Below, piece by piece: positions 9,508-20,000 of a stretch of 64,000 nucleotides of DNA (within the stretch, counting starts at the first letter, position 1; every line of letters starts with the position of its first letter). Source of the stretch: Euryarchaeota archaeon UBA62 (GTDB taxonomy: Archaea > Thermoplasmatota > Poseidoniia > Poseidoniales > Thalassarchaeaceae); the NCBI GenBank assembly GCA_002502095.1, contig DAPJ01000028.1, forward strand, positions 37,387-101,386, in the 5' to 3' direction. The position numbers and the translations under genes are program-made. Under the pieces are notes generated by a model. That model was not told the origin of the DNA and ran no database searches. It saw only the letters and a program-made list of their open reading frames with translations.

Positions 9508-10824
9508 TTAAGAGAATAGGATGTTCTCGGATACTTGTGAAACCTTGCCTTCATATCCAGGCAGGGTCATGACATAGAATACGGCCTGACTAACCTGTCT
9601 ATTTCTGAGTGCCTCAGCGATTGGAGTGTGTTCCCTCAACCATCTAGTTCTCCCATCATCTCCAATAATTCTAATATCCACCTGAGACATCCTTGGCTCA
9701 GCGAGTAAGAGCTTGATATTTGGTACGTCTATGGCAACGTAACCAGGTTCCAGTCCAGATCTACTAGCTATCTCGTCTTCAAATTCTCTCCTCTTATTGG
9801 AATTAGAAGCAAGTTCTGCCAGTAAATTGATGTCTTCCTCACTTAGGTCTTGCCTTCTTCTGGATAAACATACTTTCAGCAGTTGTCTATACTTGAGTCT
9901 CCTGATCATATCTCTAGCGAAGTCACCCGCCTCATGCATTACTTGCCAAATCTCTGCATCCACTCTCCTCTGTAAATCAAAAGAGTCGGGAATATTTTCT
10001 TCACTTCGCTCTACTGCCCTCGACAGCATTACCTCTGTAACTCTGGTGACCCGATGGAAATATACTGCACTGTACATCAAACCTCTGGCTACAAGCATTC
10101 CTTCTAGCGCTGGGAGGCCTCCTTCTTCCACTGAGATATCGCCTCCATGTCTTTCTAGGCACATTATTAGCCTTCTATGATCTATTACACCATGCTTTAC
10201 GCCAGTAAAGTGTGAGTCCCTAAGTAGGTAGTCAATTTGATCGCAGTCTACAGGGCCATGAATCAGGTGAGCCATGGTCTTGTCGTTTTGAACAAAATTT
10301 GTTCTCCCTTCGGACCAAGAGAGGAGATTTCTCTCTGATCCCCTGGCATCTGGACCTCTGATTAGGCCAGCGACCTCCTTAGGATCTATGCCATGATTCT
10401 CAAGAATCTCAGGAACGCTAATTCTATTCTGAATTGAAGATTCTTCGCCATCCCTCAATACATCATAATCGCCAACAATTATTCCCTCTGTAATTGACAT
10501 ATGGTCTAAACCTCCCCTCTCATGTAAGATATGCTCCAAAGTATGAGAATATGGTCCATGACCTACATCATGCAGTAGCGCAGCTACGCTAACAGTATCA
10601 GTCTCATAACTATCGAGTCCGATAGACTCTGCCATCATACCAGAAACATGTGATACACCGAGGGAGTGCTCAAAACGGGTATGGTGCGCTCCTGGGAATA
10701 CTAAATGTGCTAGTCCTAGTTGTTTGATGTGGCTTAACTTATTCATCTCAGGGGTTTTGAGAAGCTCCTCTCTGACTCCGTCAATCCTGAACTGTCCATG
10801 GATTGCGTCATTGATTGTTTTCAT
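9508..10824 (-). CDS. HD-domain phosphohydrolase (COG1078 / SAMHD1-like dNTP triphosphohydrolase family)
   Basis: Contains INDAIHGQFRI...HHTRFEHSLGVSHV...LLHDVGHGPYSH. The start is set at ATG 10824 (MKTINDAIHG), as in the family. The ORF track extends to a TTG at 10896. Confidence 0.82.
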   Translation of the reverse strand: MKTINDAIHGQFRIDGVREELLKTPEMNKLSHIKQLGLAHLVFPGAHHTRFEHSLGVSHVSGMMAESIGLDSYETDTVSVAALLHDVGHGPYSHTLEHILHERGGLDHMSITEGIIVGDYDVLRDGEESSIQNRISVPEILENHGIDPKEVAGLIRGPDARGSERNLLSWSEGRTNFVQNDKTMAHLIHGPVDCDQIDYLLRDSHFTGVKHGVIDHRRLIMCLERHGGDISVEEGGLPALEGMLVARGLMYSAVYFHRVTRVTEVMLSRAVERSEENIPDSFDLQRRVDAEIWQVMHEAGDFARDMIRRLKYRQLLKVCLSRRRQDLSEEDINLLAELASNSNKRREFEDEIASRSGLEPGYVAIDVPNIKLLLAEPRMSQVDIRIIGDDGRTRWLREHTPIAEALRNRQVSQAVFYVMTLPGYEGKVSQVSENILFS

Positions 10825-10888
10825 TGCAAGCCCGGTGTATGCGAGAGTGTGCTCCCCATTAATGGAACTGATGTGGTATGTTACAAAT

Positions 10889-10910
10889 AATTGCAATTCA
10901 ATTGCATTTC
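10889..10910. promoter_or_regulatory. Tandem 11-nt direct repeat AATTGCAATTC / AATTGCATTTC (candidate operator) in the divergent HD / RHH promoter region
   Basis: Two adjacent 11-nt units match at 10 of 11 positions, giving one helical turn of spacing. The first contains the palindrome AATTGCAATT, and a degenerate third unit (ATTTGAGATAC) follows. They lie about 57-78 nt upstream of the RHH gene ATG. Confidence 0.3.
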
Positions 10911-10966
10911 ATTTGAGATACAATTAATACCCCCCTCCCCTTTCGACGGTCTAGAAGGTAGCCAGT

Positions 10967-11335
10967 ATGTCCGGTCACAGCCCAATGGTTTCGCTGAGAA
11001 TACCCGAAGATCATCTTCTGGAGCTAGATCAATTAGTAGGGCTGGATGGAATGAGAAATCGTTCCGATGTTATTCGAACGGCGGTTAGAAAATACCTCAC
11101 TGATGAGCATCACATTAGTGGAGACAGGGTAGAAGTTAACCTGGGACCAGATCTAAGTTCTAGGATGGAAGATTTCTGTAAGTTGCATGGTGAAAAACCT
11201 GACTCAGTTTTGAGGCAGGCGGCCAGGGAACATATCAGGAACGTTACTCTTGAAGATACTAAGGTTACAGATTTAATTAACTCTAGAATGAATGAACTTA
11301 GGGAAAGAAGTAATGATGATTCAAACGCTATATGA
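10967..11335 (+). CDS. CopG/NikR-type ribbon-helix-helix DNA-binding protein with two tandem RHH modules
   Basis: Module 1 is MVSLRIPEDHLLELDQLVGLDGMRNRSDVIRTAVRKYL. Module 2 is RVEVNLGPDLSSRMEDFCKLHGEKPDSVLRQAAREHIRNV. Both follow the beta-strand, helix, turn, helix pattern. Confidence 0.75.
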   Translation: MSGHSPMVSLRIPEDHLLELDQLVGLDGMRNRSDVIRTAVRKYLTDEHHISGDRVEVNLGPDLSSRMEDFCKLHGEKPDSVLRQAAREHIRNVTLEDTKVTDLINSRMNELRERSNDDSNAI

Positions 11336-11378
11336 GGTGGCGAGGGAAATGTGTGAGGATGGGATGCACGGAACCACC

Positions 11379-11404
11379 GCGGGGGGGCCTGATGGCCCCC
11401 TCGC
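11379..11404 (+). other. GC-rich stem-loop (11 bp including one G-U pair, 4-nt loop)
   Basis: GCGGGGGGGCC tgat GGCCCCCTCGC pairs fully by hand. It lies 44 nt downstream of the RHH gene stop, inside a 185-nt non-coding gap. Confidence 0.5.
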
Positions 11405-11520
11405 ACCCAAATATAACGGTCTAAGTGGACTCAGAGATAGGGCCATGAAAGCTCTAGGAAACGGTTTCTAGTAATCAATGTCTACCCAATCTTCTTGGCC
11501 GTCCTTTTCACGGTAAAGGT

Positions 11521-13518
11521 ATGAGTGAGCATGCCGTGCGTAATTCTGGAATATTTTTCGCTCATAAAGTAGCCAGAAAATCTCAGTTCGAGATGATTTC
11601 AGATGGAATTGATACTCTTACCGAGGGAGGATTCCTCCTAGCAGCCGCCCCGACTGGAATCGGAAAAACAGCGGCTGCACTAGCTTCAGCTCTCCAAGCC
11701 TCATTTGATAATAATATGGCTACTGAAAAACCTAAGATTATTTTCATGACGGGGAGGCAGTCTCAACATAGAATCGTAGTCGATACTGTTCGTCAGATTA
11801 ACTCTAGAATACCAGATGGGATTCGAAAAATATCACTGGTAGATATTATCGGCAGGGAAGGGATGTGCGAATACGTAGATCGTTCTACTGGAAAATGTAG
11901 TTGCGAAGGGGACGTAGTTGAGGAAACTCGTAAGGCTAGACGCTCAGACCTGAGAAAGAAGTTACTTGAACAGCCTCGACATGTTGACTGGAATGTAAAA
12001 TATGGCAGATCTAGAAAGGTTTGCTCTTGGGCCACTGCCAGAATGGCTGCAGGACACGCTGACATTCTTGTATGCGACTACAATCATGTTTTCGTAGAAG
12101 GGGTGAGAGAGGCATCCCTACCTGCGATGGGCATTGAATTGGAAAACTCGATTCTAATTGTAGATGAGGCTCACAACCTACCGGACAGGATTAGGAGTGG
12201 ATTGGAGAGGAGGGTTACCGATGATGTTTTCAGAAGGGCGCTGGATAATATAGAGGAATATAAGGGAAATTTAGAGAAGATTGATTCTGAACTAGACTTA
12301 CCCGAATCAGGACAGCTTCGAGATGTGAGGCAACTGGAAATGCAGGTTAAGTCGCTCCAAGCCCCTATGATCAATTGGTTGGAAAAAAAGAAGAAGGAGA
12401 ACGAGGCAACCAAAGGAGATGATATGAGAGTATCTACTCAAGATTTCCTAGATGTATTCTCCAAGGCAACTGAAGGAGTACTTGAGGATGATGAGGGTGA
12501 CGATATATCTAGAATTTTGTTGATGGTTAGGCGATTATTCTCAGTGACAATAGACGAGGAAGAAGATTCGGATGACGAGGAGCAGAATGATTGTACCAGA
12601 ATAGCTGAGATGCTAGAAATTTGTATAAGGTTCAGAAACAGTTCCGCTTTGTCTTTGGTATTTGATGAGCTTCTCGATATCCCACGTATTACATGCCACC
12701 TTCTTGACCCGAGTGTAGTGGGAAAATCGGTGTTTGAGAGTTGTCGTGGTTCGATTCTGATGTCTGGGACGCTCTTCCCTCCTATGATGTATTCAGAGAT
12801 ACTAGGTATACCTGCGAAGAGGACTGTATCTAAGATATATTCATCGGACTTTCCAGTTGAAAATAGGCCGGTGCTAATCGCAAGTGATGTTACTAGTAAG
12901 TTCACTGAGCGTGAAAGAAGTATCCCGATAATAGGGCAACATGTCAGAGCAGTTATTGAGAATACAAATGGGAATGTAGCTATCTTCGCACCCAGCTATT
13001 CTATGATGGAAAGAATACATTCAGATTTCGTAAATTTAGGATGGAGTAGTAAAAAAATTCTCAAGGAAGAGCAAAGAATGAGTAAAGGGGGCGTAGAATC
13101 TATGATTTCAAAGCTCTATGAACAGAAAGAAATGGGAGGAGCTGTAATCTTTGGAGTTCTTAATGGTAAGCTTTCAGAGGGTGTTGACTATTCAGATAAC
13201 GTCCTGGATTCATTAGTTTGTATAGGACTTCCACTTCCTCCTCCTAGTTCCAAACAGGATTCATTGATAGATTACTTTACTAAGAAATTTGATAGAAATA
13301 GAGCTTGGAAGTATGCCAGCCTTCAACCTGCCGTTAATAGTGTTCTTCAAGCCCTAGGAAGACCGATAAGGAAGAAGGAAGATAGAGCAATAATTGTATT
13401 ATTAGAGAGTCGAATATTAGAGCGCAGGGTGAGTGATTGTATGCCTCCAATGATGAAGATCCAAACCTCAAGTCCCTCCAGAACTGCAGAGAGAGTTAAG
13501 GCATTCTTTGAGATCTAG
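11521..13518 (+). CDS. xpd: XPD/Rad3-family 5'-3' DNA helicase with Fe-S cluster domain
   Basis: Contains Walker A APTGIGKT, four Cys (GMCEY...KCSCEG...KVCSW...LVCDYNHVF), DEAHNL, and the C-terminal helicase motifs QALGRPIR. Confidence 0.88.
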   Translation: MSEHAVRNSGIFFAHKVARKSQFEMISDGIDTLTEGGFLLAAAPTGIGKTAAALASALQASFDNNMATEKPKIIFMTGRQSQHRIVVDTVRQINSRIPDGIRKISLVDIIGREGMCEYVDRSTGKCSCEGDVVEETRKARRSDLRKKLLEQPRHVDWNVKYGRSRKVCSWATARMAAGHADILVCDYNHVFVEGVREASLPAMGIELENSILIVDEAHNLPDRIRSGLERRVTDDVFRRALDNIEEYKGNLEKIDSELDLPESGQLRDVRQLEMQVKSLQAPMINWLEKKKKENEATKGDDMRVSTQDFLDVFSKATEGVLEDDEGDDISRILLMVRRLFSVTIDEEEDSDDEEQNDCTRIAEMLEICIRFRNSSALSLVFDELLDIPRITCHLLDPSVVGKSVFESCRGSILMSGTLFPPMMYSEILGIPAKRTVSKIYSSDFPVENRPVLIASDVTSKFTERERSIPIIGQHVRAVIENTNGNVAIFAPSYSMMERIHSDFVNLGWSSKKILKEEQRMSKGGVESMISKLYEQKEMGGAVIFGVLNGKLSEGVDYSDNVLDSLVCIGLPLPPPSSKQDSLIDYFTKKFDRNRAWKYASLQPAVNSVLQALGRPIRKKEDRAIIVLLESRILERRVSDCMPPMMKIQTSSPSRTAERVKAFFEI

Positions 13519-14032
13519 TGAGCAATGGGTTCATGCCAGACCGTCTCTTCCGAAGGTCATGGAATGGGTCAAAGTTTCGATAGGGGAAAAGGATAGTGAC
13601 GTTCCTAAGATGCCTACACTTTCAGGATCATACGATGGCTTGGACTCTGATGCCTCGTCCTCGCATCAAAAATTCTTTACAAATATTCCTCACATGACAG
13701 AAGTGATTGAAAATCATGAAAGGTCTACAGGAAAAGTATTGCTTCCCGGGAATGACTCAATGGGCGGTTATGAATCGATTAAATCATTTGAAGAGAGAGT
13801 CACTGTAATCGGTGCTGAGTCTCTGGGGGATGGATTACAGATACCTCTATCTAAATCTGTCAGAGAAGAGGTGCTTCTTCAAGAGGCAACTACTGAATCA
13901 GGGCAGTTAATCAGATTGGTTGCTCCGGAAAAATTTGGAGGCAGGGTAGAGTCATTCAAGCTACCAACTGGAACTACCTTGAATGAGGCTTTCTGGGATG
14001 GAGATAGGTTGAAAATCACCTTCAACTACTAA
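13508..14032 (+). CDS. Hypothetical protein; the C-terminal ~80 aa may be an HSP20/p23-like beta-sandwich
   Basis: The TTG start overlaps the XPD end, and an alternative ATG at 13559 gives MEWVKVS. The C-terminus RVESFKLPTGTTLNEAFWDGDRLKITF resembles the alpha-crystallin domain end (F-x-R-x-x-x-LP...A-x-x-x-nG-x-L-x-I). This is a weak call. Confidence 0.5.
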   Translation: MRSSEQWVHARPSLPKVMEWVKVSIGEKDSDVPKMPTLSGSYDGLDSDASSSHQKFFTNIPHMTEVIENHERSTGKVLLPGNDSMGGYESIKSFEERVTVIGAESLGDGLQIPLSKSVREEVLLQEATTESGQLIRLVAPEKFGGRVESFKLPTGTTLNEAFWDGDRLKITFNY

Positions 14033-17000
14033 TCCTCGATTATTTTTCCTTTGGACCTTAGTGGAACTTCCTCTAATTGATCAATTTCTTGTAATACCGA
14101 GTTAAGAGCCATTTGCGCACTTTCCCTATGTTGGTTTCCTAGAACGTGACTTGAGTACCTCGCTTCTTCGAATATCCTATCAAGGGATAGTAACGCCTGT
14201 TCGCTTATTGGAAGTGCGCTTCTGATTGCCATTTCGAATTCTCTTACGGTTTCGAAATCTCTTCTGAGGAATCCTCTGCTCATTAGTATCTTACAAAGTC
14301 CTTCATAGCAATTGAATATCGCTTCCCTAACTTCGTCTCCAGCCGCTAGAAGTTCTGCAGTGTAGCTAAAGACACCAGCCAATTCATCAATAGCGGCCTT
14401 CTTTCTATTTCTTATGGTGACTACTAGAGCGGAAACTCCGATCATAAATACGACCAGAAGAATTGATATTATTGCCGGCCTCAGTAGGGAGTCGGAAGCT
14501 TCTGCTTGATAGTTTATGTTGACCTCACTAAACTGGGCAAGTTGAGTTGCATTGACTGGGTCAATAATATCCGAGTCAGAGCTAAACTCAATTTTCAACT
14601 CGCCCCAGAAATCCCTATCCCAAAATGAGTGGTCATCATGGAATGATTCGAACTGATAGTTGAAAATTCCATTCATATCAGTCATCCCAACGACGGTAAA
14701 GAGAGTATCCGTATCATTAGTTAGTCTGGCAGTAATTGAGACTCCCTCAACAGGAGGGGCACGATTATCATCAGAAGCAGTTACGTTGATTTTTCCAGAA
14801 ATCTTAGACTGTCCTCTTTCGATGAAGATTTTATCGGGAATGAATTCGAAGTCTACACTAACTAGAATCTGTAGATCAAATTCAATTGATGCCCCATTCA
14901 GGAACCTCTCAGCATCTGGTTCAACATCAATTGTGAAGATAGAATTACCAGGAGGCATGTATGTCTTTGCATTGGAAGTAATCAGGAACTGTCCTGTAGC
15001 TTGATCCCATGAAATAATTGCATTGGGCTCAAGAGATCCCTCCCACAGGAGTGACATTTCCATCTCTTCCATAGTATTTCCGTCTCCCCCAATTTCTAGT
15101 ACTCTGCCTCTGACCCTGATTGGCCTAGATTCATCGCTTCTAACTACCTCATCAGAGATTAGGAGTATTTCCACATTGATATCCGCTCTTGAGAAAACAG
15201 TAGTATTTGTTGAATCGGATAGATATAGTTCCTCTCCGTAGAAATTGACTGAAACTAGGTGAGCTCCGCGAGATATAGAGTATCCTAGTTCGTGCGTGAA
15301 TGAGAAAGTCCCATCCGCTCCAGTAGTCACCACTAGTATCTCAATGCCATCCAATAGGAATGAGACCTCCCTATTCTCTAATCCAGGGGTACCGGGAGTA
15401 TCAGAATCATATAGCCTTCCAGAGAAGTTCCACGTACCGCCCCTAGTTGCTACACTATTCTCGACATTCAGGGTAATCGTAGTATGATACGCAATTGTGA
15501 GATTTGTTTCTACAGAGGTCTGACGATAGTAACCTTGGTCAGGAGATATTACAGTTACAGGGTGGACTCCCACATCGAGGAATTCGGAGACTACCCAAGA
15601 AAGATGCCAACTACCATCTTCTTCGGTCACTGTAGTCCCTATCAATATACCATCAACAAATATCTGTAGTGAGTGATTTGAAAGCCAACCATCGGGAAGA
15701 TTATCCCTGACGTTCCCCCTTAGATTCAGTACGTCTCCAACCGCGACTGGCATTGGATCTTCCACGGTCAGGGTTGTTGGAGAGAACACAGTGAATATTG
15801 TTGTTGAGTTTGAGCCAAGAATAAATTCCTCTCCCTGGAATAATAACGTAACTTCCCTTGGTCCGAGAAGCATATCGGAAGGAACGGGGAAGAATAGGCT
15901 GAATGAGCCGTTTCCATCTACATTGAGTGATGTCAGCATTTGACCATTCATGTAAGCTTCAAGGGCCCTATTTGGAAGAGGTCTTCCGGCTCCATCGGTT
16001 AAAATTCCTTCAATCAGCAAGAGTTCATTTCTATCTATTTCTCCCTGAGGAGTAGTTAGGACCACCTGTGAAGTCTGCGTTACATTGAATGGAGAGGTAA
16101 TGATTGAAGATAGGTAATACTCTGGATTCAGCGAGTCTCCTTGCCCCATTGGATCCACCCATGTAAAGCCACCTAGGAACTCAATACTGAATGTATGCTG
16201 ACCATAGTCCATGTCAAGTGGAAGATCGTATGTGATTTGCCATGTCCCAGATGTGGAGTTTGAAACGTCAATATACAGTGGACCTACATCGATTCCATCT
16301 ATGTAAAGATGGACAACTCCCCCCTTTGGAGAACCGTCCTCTACTAAGGGTAATCCGCGCTCATCTAAGAGAGTGCCACTGAATATCACACGCTCCCCTG
16401 CTACGGCAGAGCCAGAGATATTCGACACTTCTATGACAGTTGGAGCCAGGATGATTATCCTAGTCCATGTTTGGTCTCCGGATAAGCCAGTAGTTCCATT
16501 GATTCCATCAAAAACTGCCGTCACAGTCATCGGACCTGGAACTCTATTTGGGTCCGTTGACAGGTTTGTATTAATTAGGCCATTTGAATCTGTAAATCCT
16601 GACCAAGTCTCGATTCCATCCACTAGGATTTTGACTTCCACATTACCAACATTTTCTCCAGCATTGTCCATTATCGAAATATTGAGATTTAATGGGTCTC
16701 CTCTGATAGTTCTTGCATCGGGATCCAAATCGGTTGGATCAATGATAGAAATCATTGAGAAGCCCCTACTATCGAAGGTTCCATTGCTCGAGCTTGAGCT
16801 GTAGTAGTTTACAGTGGGCGTGTAAGTTGCCGAGATGTTGTGAGTCCCTCTCGGGAATGTCATATCCAAGAAAATCCTGGCTGACCAACTACCGTTAGAA
16901 TCAACAGCTCCACCAGATACTGAGAATCCAGTAGAAACATTATCGATCATGAAGGTAAGACTCGGCGAGAGTGGATTTCCTGACCTATCAACAATTCCGC

Positions 17001-20000
17001 TACCGTTACTCGAAGTTAGATTTCCAGATACATCAAGGAAATCACCTGCAGTCGGGTTGGCGGTGATGGGACTAAATGATATAGAGGTCGGAGATCTAAC
17101 AATGATCGTGTTAATGTACGTGAATGAAGTATGCAGAGTCTCAGTTCCATTCGATCCATTAAACATGAGCATGACTGAAATCGCCCCCAAAGGATGAGAG
17201 TGCGGGACATCGAATGAGAAATTTACGTATCCACCAGAATTGGAAGAAATCTCAGATGTCATCCAGGTATCATGGAATTTGGCGGATACGTTCATTCCGG
17301 CGATTTCTCTATCATTATTAGATGACTCTGCGAGCTTGGCCCCGAAGGAAACCGAGGACCCTCGATCCACTATTGTATTTATCAGTGGGACCCGATCAAT
17401 GAATTGAACAACCCCCCTTACCAAAATTGAATCAGAACCTGTCCCAGTCAAGTAGAAAGGACTACTCCCATTTTCAACGCTAACTACGACCGTCTTGAGT
17501 CCGTTTGAAACCCCGTCTCCTAATGGATCGGTCGGTACAGAAATTGAAAATGTCCCATTAGGAGAAGTTGCGAAACCGGTTACTAGCTTCTCACTAGGAT
17601 CATTGAGGAAGAATATCTCTATTGAGACTGGTCCACTAACTGTCCTATTGATGTCGAAGGAATCCATTACTTTACCTGTTACTAGGAATGACTGCCCTGC
17701 AGTTACTTCGGGAAGAGGGGAGTTATCTATCCGGACGTTGCTAACAACCTGAACTGTCAGGTTCATGTAGCTCTCATTGGCAAGCCATCTGCCTGCATCT
17801 TGAGATTCTAGTGAGTCGGTTAAGTCGTCTGGAGCCAGGATAAGAACGTCATAGTACCCAGGAGGAGCATCGCTGGGTATCGTTGACTGGAATTCAACAA
17901 CACCATCATTTCCAGTGACAGAGGTATTCAATAACTGCTGAAGAGGACCACCCCAATCGAAGTATATTTCCACAGTAGCGTTAGATAGCCTCTCGTTGCT
18001 CTCAATATCCCTGACTGTAGCTGAAGCGGACAGATTTTCTCCTGCGACCACTATTGCGCTAGTATTGGTAGATTGAACATCGAACATTGTCTGTATCCCA
18101 ATATCGAGAGAGTTTTCGGTAGCAGGATCGAAGAAGTAGGGTATTCCGCCCGGTGAGTTCTTTTCGAAGTCTAAGACCAGAATCGCCTGATATACTCCAG
18201 AGCCAATCCCACTAGGCATCGAGAACGATATGTTGTATTCTCCAGTGGTAGTATCTAACCACTCTGATCCCAATGTATACCTATCTGGAGGAAGAGGGTT
18301 GCCATCTGGTCCAGCAGGTAGGCTTGATGGGACATCCAAGAACAGGGAGACAGAGGTATTGTTGCCTAAGACAGTGGAATTCAAATCGGAATCGATTACT
18401 GATCCTGAGATCCATGTAGTGTTGCCCATTGGTACCCACTCGGTACCAAGATTGAAAATCGGCGAAGCCCTACCTTGAATCCTGACATTGTCGGTTGTTT
18501 GGTTAGGACTAATCCAAGTAGAACCATTGTAGCTCAATACCCAAGGATAGTCACCTGCAGGAGTTGTCAACGATGGAGACCAAGAAGGTACTATTTTGGG
18601 AACATCCGGATCCGAGATATTCCAAACTTCGGTTTCATTGACAGACAGGGAGAAGAAGCCTGGGAAGGTGGTGATTTCTGCTCCAGTGTGATCGGATAGG
18701 GAGACTAAGATATCAGATGTGGATCCTTTAGGGGCTGGAATCATAGTGTAATTGAACACGATGTAGCTCTTTATGCCATGTTGGTCAACTACAGTGGTTT
18801 CATCCTTTGCGAAAAGCTGATCGGCCAGATATTGATACCTTATCTCAACAAGTCCCGCGGGAATAGGGACATCAGAATCAAGGAAAGTCCAATTCACGGC
18901 GAATTGTCCAGGATTAGAGAGCCAGTCACTATCATTAAGATACCAGGAGTTGAGGGTCTGGAAAGGAGCATTAGTACCAGATCTCCTCATCTGTAATGTC
19001 AATGTCCCATTCAGAGACTCTGGGATCTCAGATTTGCTGAGGGCGGTACCGTTGAGGTAAATTCTGTTATTAATCTCAAGTACTGTATTGTTCAATCCCT
19101 GACCTTCAAGTGAAACAGTCAGGTTTGGAGCCTGTGTAAGATTCAGATTGATTGTTTCTGAGTATGGCCTGATGTGGAAAACAGGACCAGATGCATTGTT
19201 TAGATCGAACTGATGCCAACCGGTGTAATCAAGTGTGGCTGGAATAAGTCCTTCTTGCTCGCTTTCGTTGATAGAAACTGTGAACTCGAAATATCCCCCT
19301 GGTCCGATACTGGATATCAGGCTGACTGGACCATCTTGAGAAGTAGTATAATTCATCAGTATCTGCATGCTATCAATAAGCGAAATATCATTGTAAGGTA
19401 TATTCTCGAGAGAGACTGAACCAGTAATGGTAGTATTGACACCTATTCCTATTTTTGGCTCTGTGATTGGCCGAGGCTCACTTAAAGAGAGGGTGATATC
19501 ATCGGTAATATTTACGTTCCAACCTGAGAAAATACCTTGTGAGCCCACATAATCAAGTGTCTTAGTCATTATAACCAATGAGGAATTTCCCGGATTAACC
19601 GCTTCAGTGGGCATACCCGTGATATTGAATGAGCCATTGGAGTCAGTTACAGCCGTGCCTACAAGATGCTGAGAAACTGCCGCCAAGCCTGGTATTTGAT
19701 TGGTCATATTTGATTCAACGAGATACATCTCAACGCCTACTCCTGCGACGGATGTCTGATTATCTGTGAACCTTAGAGTGCCGTTCATCCATATCGACTG
19801 GCCAGATAGGTCTCTGTCCAACCATAGTGGGCCCCAAGACTCATCTGTTACCTCAACTAGTGACATTGCAGGACAGGCCTCGAATGGAATCCATCCCAAA
19901 TCTGCATTTCCAAGATTTTGGTTTGTTTGTAAGTGAACCTCTACCCACGAAGAGAAGTCTTTTCCATAAACCTCGAAAGCTTCACCGTTCCAATAACCTC

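Noticed and set aside
11313-11392. Possible C/D-box sRNA (AATGATGA at 11312-11319, CTGA at 11389-11392)
   Set aside because: The putative C box lies inside the RHH coding sequence. The box spacing (~70 nt) and the absence of clear C'/D' boxes and a terminal stem do not fit archaeal C/D sRNAs.
11332-11424. 30-aa ORF overlapping the RHH gene stop in an ATGA (MRWRGKCVRMGCTEPPRGGLMAPSHPNITV)
   Set aside because: Its sequence is dictated by the GC-rich hairpin and has a Gly/Pro/Arg composition with no structural motif. An RNA-level feature is the more likely explanation.
9508-13518. HD hydrolase + RHH regulator + helicase considered as a defence-type island (dNTP depletion, helicase-nuclease systems)
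   Set aside because: The HD protein matches the widely conserved archaeal COG1078 housekeeping family. The helicase has the full XPD Fe-S signature of the repair/transcription enzyme. There is no nuclease, methylase, ATPase partner, integrase or compositional break nearby.
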